Below, in pieces: positions 29,180 to 38,603 of a stretch of 64,000 nt of DNA (the stretch's first letter is position 1; the number at the start of each line of letters is the position of its first letter). The notes below the pieces were generated by a model. The model saw only the letters and a program-made list of their open reading frames with translations. It ran no database searches and was not told the origin of the DNA. Origin of the DNA: Candidatus Eiseniibacteriota bacterium (GTDB taxonomy: Bacteria > Eisenbacteria > RBG-16-71-46); contig OY970178.1 in assembly GCA_963707915.1 (NCBI GenBank), forward strand, positions 768,001 through 832,000, read 5' to 3'. The position numbers were made by a program, and so were the translations under genes.

Positions 29180-31456
29180 TCAGCCGGTGCCGTGCGGCCG
29201 CGGCGGCAGCGGGTCGAGCAGCGGGATCGCGCCCGGGCCGGGCCGATCGGAGACCGTCACCCCGCCGTCGCGCACCAGGAAACGCGTGAAGACCGGCGCC
29301 ACCGGGGCGAAACCGGCGGCCGGGAAGCGACCGGTCCAGCTGTGGCTCGGGTGGAACAGGCCGACCAGGTCGTTGAGCAGCGCCGTCGCCACCGGCAACT
29401 GCCCGCCGCCGCGGCCCAGGTGCACCACCTCGCCGGTCTCCTCGCCGGCCAGGACAATGACGTTGTCCGCGCCCCGCACGCCGCCGAGGTGCCCCTCCGC
29501 CGGGACCGCCGCGGGCAGCACGGCCGCCTCCGGCGGCCCGTCCTCGAGGCGCCGGAACAGACCGACCAGCTTGACCTGCAGCCCGAGCCGCGGCGCCCCG
29601 CGCACCAGCGCCGGGTCCACGTCGGCGATGCCGCGCACCGTGAGTTGCTCGATGCCGAAGCGCGCCCCCAGCGTGCGCGTGACCAGGATCAGCAGCTTCT
29701 GCGCCGTGTCCCAGCCGTTGACGTCCAGCCGCGGGTCGGGCTCGGTCAGCTCGAGCGCGGCGGCGTGCGCGAGCGCGGCGTCGAAGGACTCGCCGGCCTC
29801 GATGCGCTCGAGCACCACGTTGCAGGTCGAGGAGAGCACCGACTCGATGCTCCGGAACTGCCCCCGCACCAGCGGGCGCTCGACGGCGTAGAGGACCGGC
29901 CAGCCCGCGGCGATCGCGTTGTGGTAGGCCAGGCGCACGCCGTGCTCGAGCGCCAGGCGCTCGAGCGCCGGCCCGTGGCGCTCGACCAGCAGCTTGTTGA
30001 CCGTGACCACCGGGCGGCGGCGGCGCAGCGCCGCCTCGACCAGCGCGCAGGTGTCGCCGCCCCGCGTGACCTCGACGATCACGTCCACGTCGTCGCGCGC
30101 CACCAGGGCCGCGGGGTCGGTCCCGGTGTCCACGCCGGCGAAGTCGGCGGCCGCCAGCTTCTCCGCGTCCAGGTCCGCCACCGCCTTCAGCTCGAAGCGC
30201 AGGCCGTAGTCGAGCGCGACCTGGGCCTCGCGCTCCGCCAGCAGCTTGAGGAAGAGCCGCGCCACGCGACCGGCGCCGAGCACGCCCAGCCGCACGGTGC
30301 GCAGCTCCCGCTGCGCCGGGCTCGGCACGGCGCGGGGCCGGCGGATGTCGCTCTCGCGCAGCAGCGCCCCCAGCTGCCCGGTCTCGAGCAGGAAGGCGTC
30401 GTGCCCGTGCGGGGAGCGGAGCTCGGCGTACTCCACCGGCTTGCCGAGGTGGTTGAGGATGTCGGCGCCGAGGTGCACCTCCGCGGCGGGGTAGAGGTGG
30501 TCGGAGCTGATGCCCACCACCAGCGTGCGGCAGCGGACGCGCTCGAGCGCGCTGACCAGCGTCCCGCGGCCCTCGCTGACGTCGAACAGGTCCATCGCCC
30601 GGCTCAACAGGATGTAGGAGTACGGGTCGAAGCGCCCGGCCATCTTCCTGCCCTGGTGGCGCAGCCACGACTCGACCGTGAACATCCCGCGCTCGCCCAG
30701 CGTCGCGCCCGGCGGCTTTGCCCACTCGCGGCCGAAGCGCTCGTCCAGCCCGACCGGCGAGCGATAGCTCAGCATGCCCACTCCCCGGGAGACCATCTGG
30801 CCCCAGGCCGCTCCGGGCTCGCTGCCGGTGAGGTCCAGCTCGACGCCGCGGCGCTGCAGCCAGTTCAGCCCGATCTGGTACGGCGTGGTGCGCAACGGGG
30901 CCGCGACCACCACGACCTGCCGGGCCGCGTCGCCGCCTTCCACGGCCCATTCCCAGGCGATCATCCCGCCGAGGCTCGGGCCGATGACCATCTGCAGGCG
31001 GTCGATGCCGAGCTGGCGCACGAACCGGCGCTGCACCCGCATCAGGTCGAGCGGCGTCAGGAGCGGGAAGCGCTCGCGGTACGGCTCGCCATCGGGCGCG
31101 GGGAAGCGCGGCCCGGTGGTCCCGTAGCAGGAGCCCAGCAGGTTCGGGCAGACCACGAAGCAGCGGTCGGTGTCGATCGCGCGGCCCGGACCGATCAGCG
31201 CTTCCCACCAGCCGACCGGCTCGTCGCGGAAGTCGCCGGTCGCGTGGCAGTCGCTCGTCAGCGTGTGGGAGACGAGCACCGCGTTGTCGCGGGCGGCGTT
31301 GAGTTCGCCCCAGCACTCGTAGCTGACCTGGATCGCCTCGAGCCGGCCGCCGTGCACGGCCGTGAAGCCCTCCGGCAGGTCGAGGTGAAGCACGCGGGCG
31401 AGCGCGACGGTCGGTGACTCCGCCCAGAGCTCGCGGTGATCCCCCGGCGGCTTCAT
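29180..31456 (-). CDS. metX: Homoserine O-acetyltransferase fused to homoserine dehydrogenase
   Basis: N-half: HTLTSD, GWWEALIGPG, GPSLGG, SDHLYP, HGHDAFL. C-half: LGVLGAGRVA, VVTVNK, EPDPRLDVNGWDTAQKL. Confidence 0.9.
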   Translation of the reverse strand: MKPPGDHRELWAESPTVALARVLHLDLPEGFTAVHGGRLEAIQVSYECWGELNAARDNAVLVSHTLTSDCHATGDFRDEPVGWWEALIGPGRAIDTDRCFVVCPNLLGSCYGTTGPRFPAPDGEPYRERFPLLTPLDLMRVQRRFVRQLGIDRLQMVIGPSLGGMIAWEWAVEGGDAARQVVVVAAPLRTTPYQIGLNWLQRRGVELDLTGSEPGAAWGQMVSRGVGMLSYRSPVGLDERFGREWAKPPGATLGERGMFTVESWLRHQGRKMAGRFDPYSYILLSRAMDLFDVSEGRGTLVSALERVRCRTLVVGISSDHLYPAAEVHLGADILNHLGKPVEYAELRSPHGHDAFLLETGQLGALLRESDIRRPRAVPSPAQRELRTVRLGVLGAGRVARLFLKLLAEREAQVALDYGLRFELKAVADLDAEKLAAADFAGVDTGTDPAALVARDDVDVIVEVTRGGDTCALVEAALRRRRPVVTVNKLLVERHGPALERLALEHGVRLAYHNAIAAGWPVLYAVERPLVRGQFRSIESVLSSTCNVVLERIEAGESFDAALAHAAALELTEPDPRLDVNGWDTAQKLLILVTRTLGARFGIEQLTVRGIADVDPALVRGAPRLGLQVKLVGLFRRLEDGPPEAAVLPAAVPAEGHLGGVRGADNVIVLAGEETGEVVHLGRGGGQLPVATALLNDLVGLFHPSHSWTGRFPAAGFAPVAPVFTRFLVRDGGVTVSDRPGPGAIPLLDPLPPRPHGTG

Positions 31457-31797
31457 CGGTCCGGCGACGCGGGGCAGGGGTGCGGCGGGCGGAGCATCCG
31501 GTGACCTCCGTTCAGGGCCTGCCGCGGCCCGCCCTGGCGGGCGGCGCGCGGGCGCGCGAGACGCGGACCGGACACCGCAATCCCGTCCGGGCCCCGTCGA
31601 TCTCCCCGGAGAGCGCGTGCGAGCCTCCCCGGTTCGCGGCCCGGTCCGCAGCTTCCCATACCCGGGCCCGCCCTGCTAGCGTCCCGGGGTCGCAGCCGCC
31701 CGACCGCCCTTCCTCGGAGGAGCCCGATGCGCAAGCCCACGCACGCCGACGCCGAGCCGCTGTCACGGCGCTCCGACCCGCGCCGGGAGCGCTGACC

Positions 31798-32859
31798 ATG
31801 TCCTCCTCCTTCGGCACGCTGTTCCGCGTCGTCACCTTCGGGGAGTCCCATGGCCCGGCCGTGGGGGTCGTGGTGGACGGCATGCCGCCCGCCATCCACG
31901 TGGATGTCGCCGACCTGCAGCGCGAGCTCGACCGCCGCCGGCCGGGGCAGAGCGCGCTCACCACGGCGCGCGACGAGGCCGACCGTGTCGAGGTCCTCTC
32001 GGGCATCTTCGAGGGGGTGACGCTCGGCACGCCCATCGCGTTGATGGTGCGCAACACCGATGCCCGCTCGCAGGACTACGAGGCCCTGCGCGATGTGTTC
32101 CGCCCGGGTCACGCGGACTTCGCCTGGCAGCAGAAGTACGGGGTGCGCGACCACCGCGGCGGCGGGCGCTCCTCGGGGCGCGAGACCGTGGGCCGGGTGG
32201 CCGCCGGGGCGCTGGCCCGGCTCGCGCTGGCCACGATCGGGGTGAGCATCGTCGGCGGGACCGTCCAGGTCGGCGACGTGGTGGCGGCCTGGCGCGACTG
32301 GGACGAGGCCGGGCGCAACCCGGTGCGCTGCCCCGACCCCGCGGCCGCCGGCGACATGGCCCAGCTCATCGCCGCCGCCCGCGATGCGAAGGACTCGGTG
32401 GGCGGCGTGGTCGAGGTCGTCGCCCGCGGCGTGCCCGCCGGCTGGGGCGACCCCACCATGGACCGCCTCGACGCCCTGCTCGGCGCCGCCATGCTCTCGA
32501 TCCCGTCGATCCGCGGCGTGGAGATCGGCGACGGGTTCGCCCTCGCCGGGCGCCGGGGCTCCGAGAGCAACGACGTGCTCGAAGGCGGCCGCTACCTCTC
32601 CAACCACGCCGGCGGGGTCTCGGGCGGCATCTCGAACGGCGCCGAGCTGGTGGTGCGCCTCGCGGTGCGGCCGGCCAGTTCGATCGGCCTGGAGCAGGTC
32701 GCCGCCACCCAGGACGGATCGTCCACGCGGCTCGCCATCGAGGGCCGCCACGATCCCTGCATCTGCCCCCGCGTCGTGCCGGTGGCCGAGGCCATGCTCG
32801 CCATGACCCTGATGGATGCGTGGCTGCGCCAGCGCGCGCTGCGCGGGCGCGAGCGCTGA
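31798..32859 (+). CDS. aroC: Chorismate synthase
   Basis: TFGESHG, RRRPGQS, RPGHAD, RSSGRET, SNHAGG..GGISNG, GRHDPC. Confidence 0.96.
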   Translation: MSSSFGTLFRVVTFGESHGPAVGVVVDGMPPAIHVDVADLQRELDRRRPGQSALTTARDEADRVEVLSGIFEGVTLGTPIALMVRNTDARSQDYEALRDVFRPGHADFAWQQKYGVRDHRGGGRSSGRETVGRVAAGALARLALATIGVSIVGGTVQVGDVVAAWRDWDEAGRNPVRCPDPAAAGDMAQLIAAARDAKDSVGGVVEVVARGVPAGWGDPTMDRLDALLGAAMLSIPSIRGVEIGDGFALAGRRGSESNDVLEGGRYLSNHAGGVSGGISNGAELVVRLAVRPASSIGLEQVAATQDGSSTRLAIEGRHDPCICPRVVPVAEAMLAMTLMDAWLRQRALRGRER

Positions 32860-33872
32860 TGCTGCTCGCCATCCGCAGCGGCACCAGCGAGCCGGCGCTG
32901 ACCGAGGTCGCGGCGCGCCTGCGGCTCGCCGGGCTCGCGCTGCACCGCACCGACCACGACGGCCGCGTGCGGCTCGCCGCGGTGGGCGACGACGCCGGGG
33001 TGGACTGGGACGCGGTGCGGCGCTGGCCCGCGGTCGAGAGCGTCGAGCCGGTCGCGGTGCCGTTCGAGCTCGCCTCGCGCGCGTTCCATCCGGCCGACAC
33101 GGTGTTCTCGGTCGGGGGTTGCGTCATCGGCGGCGAACGACTCGTCCTGATGGCGGGCCCGTGCTCGATCGAGGGGGAGGAGCAGGCCTTCACCATCGCC
33201 GCGGCGGTCGCGAAGGCCGGCGCGACGGTGATGCGCGGCGGGGCCTACAAGCCGCGCACCTCGCCCTACTCGTTCCAGGGACTGGGGGAGGAGGGCCTGA
33301 AGATCCTGCGGCGCGCCGCCGACGCGCACGGACTGGCGGTGGTCAGCGAGGTGATGGATCCCGCGCAGGTCGGGCAGGTCGCCCGCTACGCCGACATCGT
33401 GCAGGTCGGCGCGCGCAACATGCAGAACCTCTCGCTGCTGCGCGAGGTCGCGCGGGCGCAGAAGCCGGTGCTGCTCAAGCGCGGCATGGCCGCGACCATC
33501 GAGGAATGGCTGATGAGCGCCGAGCACGTGCTCTCGAACGGCAACCAGCAGGTCATCCTGTGCGAGCGCGGCATCCGCACGTTCGAGAGCTACACCCGCA
33601 ACACGCTGGACCTGAACGCCATCCCGGTGGTCAAGGAGCTCTCGCACCTGCCGGTCATCGTGGACCCGTCGCACGGCACCGGCATGCGCGACAAGGTCGG
33701 CCCGATGGCGCGCGCCGCCATCGCCGCCGGCGCGGACGGGCTCCTCGTCGAGGTCCACCACGACCCGGACCACGCGCTCTCCGACGGGCCCCAGTCGCTC
33801 CACCCCGCGCAGTTCGCGCGACTGGTGGAGCAGGTCCGCGCCATCGCCGGCGTGGTGGGGCGCAGCGTGTAG
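32859..33872 (+). CDS. aroF: DAHP synthase (type I-beta)
   Basis: AGPCSIE, RGGAYKPRTSPYSFQG, QVGARNMQN, LKRG, CERGIRTF, DPSHGTG. Overlaps the aroC stop. Confidence 0.95.
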   Translation: MLLAIRSGTSEPALTEVAARLRLAGLALHRTDHDGRVRLAAVGDDAGVDWDAVRRWPAVESVEPVAVPFELASRAFHPADTVFSVGGCVIGGERLVLMAGPCSIEGEEQAFTIAAAVAKAGATVMRGGAYKPRTSPYSFQGLGEEGLKILRRAADAHGLAVVSEVMDPAQVGQVARYADIVQVGARNMQNLSLLREVARAQKPVLLKRGMAATIEEWLMSAEHVLSNGNQQVILCERGIRTFESYTRNTLDLNAIPVVKELSHLPVIVDPSHGTGMRDKVGPMARAAIAAGADGLLVEVHHDPDHALSDGPQSLHPAQFARLVEQVRAIAGVVGRSV

Positions 33873-34028
33873 GACGAAGGGGCGCGCACGCGCCTCCGCC
33901 GACGATGACGGAAGCTGCGGGGCGGTGGCCGTGAATGGCCGTGGCCGAGCGCACCGCGCCGCTGCCCGTCCGTGGCCATTCCCGCCCCCCCTCCGCACAC
34001 CACGCTTCGGCGCCGGGGCCGCGCCGCC

Positions 34029-34057
34029 TTGACAGCCTGCGCGCCTTCCGCTGTAAT
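34029..34057 (+). promoter_or_regulatory. Sigma70-type promoter for tRNA-Val/thrS
   Basis: TTGACA, 17-bp spacer, TGTAAT, 12 nt before the tRNA. Confidence 0.75.
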
Positions 34058-34069
34058 CATCCGCTCCGT

Positions 34070-34146
34070 GGGCGATTAGCTCAGTTGGCTAGAGCACTTG
34101 CTCGACAAGCAAGGGGTCACTGGTTCAAGTCCAGTATCGCCCACCA
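34070..34146 (+). tRNA. tRNA-Val (anticodon GAC)
   Basis: Acceptor GGGCGAT/ATCGCCC, anticodon arm CTTGC-TCGACAA-GCAAG, GGTTCAAGTCC, CCA. Confidence 0.95.
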
Positions 34147-34255
34147 TCTCCACCTGCGGCTGCCTGACCGGACTCCCGCCCGGTGAAGTCCCCGAAGGCG
34201 GCCCTGCGCCGGGCCCGGGCCCCGTATGCCCGTGCCGGCTCGAGGAACCCCAGCC

Positions 34256-36031
34256 ATGTCCAGCACCCAGGCCCCCGAGGATCGCCCCGACGTCTCCGGC
34301 TACCCCGGGGGCGAAGAGCTCTACCGGCTGCGACACTCCGCCGCGCACGTGCTGGCCAGCGCCGTGACCGAGCTGTACCCCGAGACCAAGGTCGCCGGCG
34401 GGCCGCCGGTCGAGAACGGCTTCTACTACGACTTCGCCCGGCCCACGCCGTTCACGCCCGAGGACCTCGAGCGCATCGAGGCCCGCATGCGCGAGATCGT
34501 CGCCGAGGACCGGCCCTTCGAGTACCTCGAGGCCACGCTGGAGGAGGCCCGCGCCCGCTTCGCCGCGGCGGGGGAGAAGTACAAGCTGCACTTCCTCACC
34601 CAGATCCCCGCGGGCGGCAAGGTCAGCTACTACCGCAGCGGCGCGTTCCTCGACCTGTGCCGCGGGCCGCACCTGGCGAGCACCGGGCAGATCAAGGCCT
34701 TCAAGGTCACCCACGTGGCCGGCGCCTACTGGCTGGGGAGCGAGCGCAACGAGATGCTCCAGCGCATCTACGGCACCGCCTTCGCGAGCCCGCAGGACCT
34801 CGACGAGCACCTGAAGCGCGTCGAGGAGGCGCTCAAGCGCGACCACCGGCGGCTGGGACGCGAGCTGGACCTGTTCTCGATCCACGAGGAGGTCGGCGCC
34901 GGGCTGGTCCACTGGCACCCCCGCGGCGGCATGCTGCGCCACCTGATCGAGGAGTTCTGGAAGGAAGAGCACCTGCGCCGCGGCTACCAGTTCGTCTACA
35001 CGCCGCACATCGCCAGCGAGCGCATCTACGAGATCTCCGGGCACCTCGAGAACTACGGCGACATCATGTACTCGCCGATGGACATCGACGGGCAGGCGTA
35101 CCGCGTGAAGCCGATGAACTGCCCGGGTCACATCATGATCTACCAGACCAAGAAGCACTCGTACCGCGACCTGCCGTTGCGCTACGCCGAGCTGGGCACG
35201 GTCTACCGCTACGAGCGCTCGGGCGTGCTGCACGGCATGGAGCGCGTGCGCGGCTTCACGCAGGACGATTCGCACATCTTCTGCACCCCCGAGCAGCTCC
35301 AGGACGAGGTGCTGGGCCTGCTCGACCTGATGGACCACCTGCTCAAGGCGTTCCACTACGAGTACGTCGCCTACCTCGCCACCCGCCCGGCGGAGAAGTT
35401 CCTCGGCACCGAGAAGGAGTGGGACTTCGCCACCGACGCGCTCAAGCAGGCGCTCGAGAAGCGCGGGCTGCCCTACCAGATCGACGAGGGGGGAGGGGCC
35501 TTCTACGCGCCCAAGATCGACGTCAAGCTGCGCGACGCGCTGGGGCGCGAGTGGCAGTGCCCGACCATCCAGGTGGACCTCAACCTGCCCAAGCGCTTCG
35601 GCGTCGAGTACACCGGGCCGGACGGCAAGGAGCACGAAGTCATCATGCTGCACCGGGCGCTGCTCGGCTCGATGGAGCGCTTCGTCGGCATCCTCATCGA
35701 GCACACCGGCGGTGAGTTCCCGGTCTGGTGCTCGCCCGAGCAGGCGGTCGTCATCCCGGCGAACTCGAAGGCCTTCGACTACGCCGCCGACACGGCGCGG
35801 ATGTTCAAGGCCGGCGGGTTGCGCGTCGAGGCCGACCTGCGCGACGAGAAGATGAACGCCAAGATCCGCGACGCCGAGATGATGAAGGTGCCCTACATGG
35901 TGATCGTGGGGCCGCGCGAGGCCGAGGCGGGCACGGTGGCCCCGCGGCGCAAGGGCCAGGGCCAGATCGAGGCGATGACCCGCGAGGCGTTCCTCGAGCG
36001 GGTGAAGAAGGAGACCCGGGAGCGCAGCTGA
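34256..36031 (+). CDS. thrS: Threonine--tRNA ligase (short form lacking the TGS domain)
   Basis: RHSAAHVLA, DLCRGPH, MLQRIYGTAF, RDHRRLG, KPMNCPGH, RVRGFTQDD, HRALLGSMERF. Confidence 0.98.
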   Translation: MSSTQAPEDRPDVSGYPGGEELYRLRHSAAHVLASAVTELYPETKVAGGPPVENGFYYDFARPTPFTPEDLERIEARMREIVAEDRPFEYLEATLEEARARFAAAGEKYKLHFLTQIPAGGKVSYYRSGAFLDLCRGPHLASTGQIKAFKVTHVAGAYWLGSERNEMLQRIYGTAFASPQDLDEHLKRVEEALKRDHRRLGRELDLFSIHEEVGAGLVHWHPRGGMLRHLIEEFWKEEHLRRGYQFVYTPHIASERIYEISGHLENYGDIMYSPMDIDGQAYRVKPMNCPGHIMIYQTKKHSYRDLPLRYAELGTVYRYERSGVLHGMERVRGFTQDDSHIFCTPEQLQDEVLGLLDLMDHLLKAFHYEYVAYLATRPAEKFLGTEKEWDFATDALKQALEKRGLPYQIDEGGGAFYAPKIDVKLRDALGREWQCPTIQVDLNLPKRFGVEYTGPDGKEHEVIMLHRALLGSMERFVGILIEHTGGEFPVWCSPEQAVVIPANSKAFDYAADTARMFKAGGLRVEADLRDEKMNAKIRDAEMMKVPYMVIVGPREAEAGTVAPRRKGQGQIEAMTREAFLERVKKETRERS

Positions 36032-36103
36032 TGCGCAGTCACCGGTAGGACGACGGTCCCGTGACCGACGGTCGCGGGACCGTTCGCATGGGCGCGGGCA
36101 GCG

Positions 36104-36925
36104 CTATCGATACAGTGCCTTGATCTGCCCCCAGGTGCGGTTGCGGGCCGGCGTCGCGCAGCCGGTGCCGCTGAGGCAGGCCCACCGGAAGCCGGGCCAG
36201 TACGGCGAAGGCACCTGCCCCTGGTAGCCGCAGTTCCACGTCGCCGTGCTGGTGGGACCGTACTCGCCTTCCCATTCCGCCTGGCACGACTCCATCAGCG
36301 AGCCGGAGGTATAGGCGTTTACCTCCAACATCGCGATGCACATGGGGCGCCTGCATCCATTGCACGCGTCCTCGCCGCTGGTGTGCGAGTTGTCGATCAC
36401 CAGGCGGCACGCCTCGTACTGCCGGTGCGCAACCAGGGTCTCGGGCGCGGCGGGGAGGAACCCGAAGATCAGGCGCGCGCGCCCGGGCTGCGGAAAGTTG
36501 TAGGCTCCGATCGCTCCCCAGGAGCCCGCGGTGTACGCGCTCCGGCACGTCCCCGGTGGGATGGCGGAGAAGTCGGCGTCAACCGTCAGGGCCGATTGCC
36601 GACAGGCGCCTACGTTGTAGAGCTGCCACCAGTCCGGGAGTTGCGGATCGGAGGAGTCCTCGGGCGTCCGAACCTCGATCAGTCCGTCCAGGGCACTGAA
36701 GCCGGGCAGCGCTGCGTCGAGTTGGAACGAGACGACGAGAACCAGCGGGGCGGCGTCATTCGCATCGCAGGAGAAGATCTTGGAGTCGGCCCCGCCGTCG
36801 GCGGCGCACCGGTCCCAGGCGATTCGGGAGGTGCCGGCGAACGCGGGGGCGGAGGGCGTGAGCAGGGCGAAGCCCACGACCAGGAGCGAAACGGCTGATG
36901 CGCGTCTGGCGGTCTCAGGACGCAT
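36104..36925 (-). CDS. Secreted Cys-rich protein with C-terminal TWGQIKALYR motif
   Basis: Signal peptide ending AFA, many Cys, end ATPARNRTWGQIKALYR. Confidence 0.85.
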   Translation of the reverse strand: MRPETARRASAVSLLVVGFALLTPSAPAFAGTSRIAWDRCAADGGADSKIFSCDANDAAPLVLVVSFQLDAALPGFSALDGLIEVRTPEDSSDPQLPDWWQLYNVGACRQSALTVDADFSAIPPGTCRSAYTAGSWGAIGAYNFPQPGRARLIFGFLPAAPETLVAHRQYEACRLVIDNSHTSGEDACNGCRRPMCIAMLEVNAYTSGSLMESCQAEWEGEYGPTSTATWNCGYQGQVPSPYWPGFRWACLSGTGCATPARNRTWGQIKALYR

Positions 36926-37042
36926 GCGGGTCTCCTCGCGAGGGGTCGGGTGGGTTCCCTGCGATCACGATAGCACCCGACCCGCATCCGAGATACCCGA
37001 AAAGGGGGCGGGAGCCCCGGGAAGCTGTCCCCCCGGGCCGAC

Positions 37043-37071
37043 TTGCGCCCGGCCCGGGCCCCCTGTAACAT
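37043..37071 (+). promoter_or_regulatory. Promoter of the infC-rpmI-rplT operon
   Basis: TTGCGC, 17-bp spacer, TAACAT. Confidence 0.6.
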
Positions 37072-37089
37072 GCCGCGTCACATAGCCTC

Positions 37090-37259
37090 CAAGCAGAAGC
37101 CCCGCGCTTCTCACCCCCGCAGGCCCAGGTGGCCTCGCTCAAGGGTCCATGGCGTCGCCCCGGCCGGGGCGCCCGCGCATCGCGCGGCTCCGGCGGTGGA
37201 CATGCAGTTCGACGCCGGGCGGGTCTTCCGACACGGAGGACCCGCCCGGCGTCTTCGTT
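37090..37259 (+). promoter_or_regulatory. L20-leader-like RNA with attenuator-type hairpin
   Basis: AAGCAGAAGCCCCGCGCTTCTCACC resembles the Firmicute L20 leader start. A 20-bp stem at 37211-37253 is followed by TTCGTT. Confidence 0.65.
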
Positions 37260-37315
37260 CCGGGGCAGCGCCGGCGGGACGTGGACCACTGCCCATCGGA
37301 ACGGAGGTGACCGCC

Positions 37316-37957
37316 ATTTCTGCTGTGAAACAACCTGAAGTCCGCGTCAACGAGCGCATCCGGGTACCGCAGGTCCGCGTGATCGGCGAGGACGGTTCCC
37401 AGATCGGCGTGCTGGCCACCCGCGAGGCGCTGGCGCTCGCGCAGTCCAAGGCCCTCGACCTGGTGGAAGTCGCCGCCACGTCCCGGCCCCCTGTCTGCCG
37501 CATCATGGATTACGGGAAGTTCAAGTACGAGCAGAACCGGCGCGCGCGCAAGGCCAAGAAGAAGCAGCACCAGATGCAGCTCAAGGAAGTGAAGATGCGC
37601 CCGAAGGTCGAGAAGCACGACTACGACTTCAAGATCGTGCACGCCCGCGAATTTCTCGCGGACCGCGACAAGGTGAAGCTCACGGTCACTTTCCGCGGAC
37701 GCGAGATCGCGCACCAGGACCTGGGCTACAAGCTCATCCAGCGCGCGATCGCCGACCTGGCGGAATTCGCGACCGTCGAATCGGCGCCGCGCTCGGAGGG
37801 CCGCACGCTGACCGCGGTCCTGATGCCGCGGCCCTCGAAGACCGGAGGCAAGGCCGACGACGCGGACGTCGCGGCCCCGCCGGCGAAGACCAGCACCCCG
37901 AAGGCTGCGGCCCCCAAGGCCGCGGCCCTGGCAGACACCATCACCCGCACACCCTAG
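37316..37957 (+). CDS. infC: Translation initiation factor IF-3 (ATT start)
   Basis: GGAGGT RBS then in-frame ATT. RVNERIRVPQVRVI, PPVCRIMDYGKFKYE, FRGRE. Confidence 0.97.
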   Translation: MSAVKQPEVRVNERIRVPQVRVIGEDGSQIGVLATREALALAQSKALDLVEVAATSRPPVCRIMDYGKFKYEQNRRARKAKKKQHQMQLKEVKMRPKVEKHDYDFKIVHAREFLADRDKVKLTVTFRGREIAHQDLGYKLIQRAIADLAEFATVESAPRSEGRTLTAVLMPRPSKTGGKADDADVAAPPAKTSTPKAAAPKAAALADTITRTP

Positions 37958-37966
37958 GAGTCCTGG

Positions 37967-38164
37967 ATGCCCAAGCAGAAGACCAACCGTGCGGCGGCCA
38001 AGCGCTTCAGCCTGACCGGAACCGGCAAGGCCAAGCGCGGCCACGCCAACCTCCGGCACGGCATGATCGCGAAGAACCGCACCGGCAAGCGGCGCCTGGT
38101 AGGCGTCGTCGTCGTCGCGGCCGTCGACCAGCCCCGCGTGCAGCGCATGCTCGGCAAGCGCTAG
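37967..38164 (+). CDS. rpmI: 50S ribosomal protein L35
   Basis: MPKQKTNRAAAKRFSLTGTGK, located between infC and rplT. Confidence 0.97.
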   Translation: MPKQKTNRAAAKRFSLTGTGKAKRGHANLRHGMIAKNRTGKRRLVGVVVVAAVDQPRVQRMLGKR

Positions 38165-38242
38165 CCGTCACCGTCCTTCCGGTTCCACCAGTCCCGGCTG
38201 CGGGCGTCTCGGATGCCGCAGCGGGAGAGGAGATAGAACGCC

Positions 38243-38599
38243 ATGCCACGCGCAAAGACCGTCGTCCCCGGACGTGCCCGCCGCCGCAAGACCCTCAAGG
38301 CGGCCAAGGGCAATTTCGGCGGACGGCGCAAACTCATCAAGACCGCGATCCAGACCGTGCAGCGCGCGGGTCAGTTCGCCTACGAGCACCGGCGTACCCG
38401 CAAGCGCGAGTTCCGCCGGCTCTGGATCGTGCGCATCAACGCCGCGGCCCGCATCAACGGCCTCTCGTACAGCACGCTCATCGCGGGGCTCAAGCGCGCG
38501 AACGTGGACGTGAACCGCAAGCTCCTCGCCGACCTCGCGGTCCGCGACGCGGCGGCGTTCGCCAAGCTCGCGGAGGTCGCGAAGTCGGTGGCGGCCTAG
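38243..38599 (+). CDS. rplT: 50S ribosomal protein L20
   Basis: [28 protein letters not shown]. Confidence 0.98.
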   Translation: MPRAKTVVPGRARRRKTLKAAKGNFGGRRKLIKTAIQTVQRAGQFAYEHRRTRKREFRRLWIVRINAAARINGLSYSTLIAGLKRANVDVNRKLLADLAVRDAAAFAKLAEVAKSVAA

Positions 38600-38603
38600 C
38601 GCC

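Noticed and set aside
31500..31700. SAM or SAH riboswitch upstream of metX
   Set aside because: I could not identify the conserved cores by eye. An Rfam scan would be needed.
37316..37318. ATT start codon of infC as a novelty
   Set aside because: This is well-established IF3 autoregulation.
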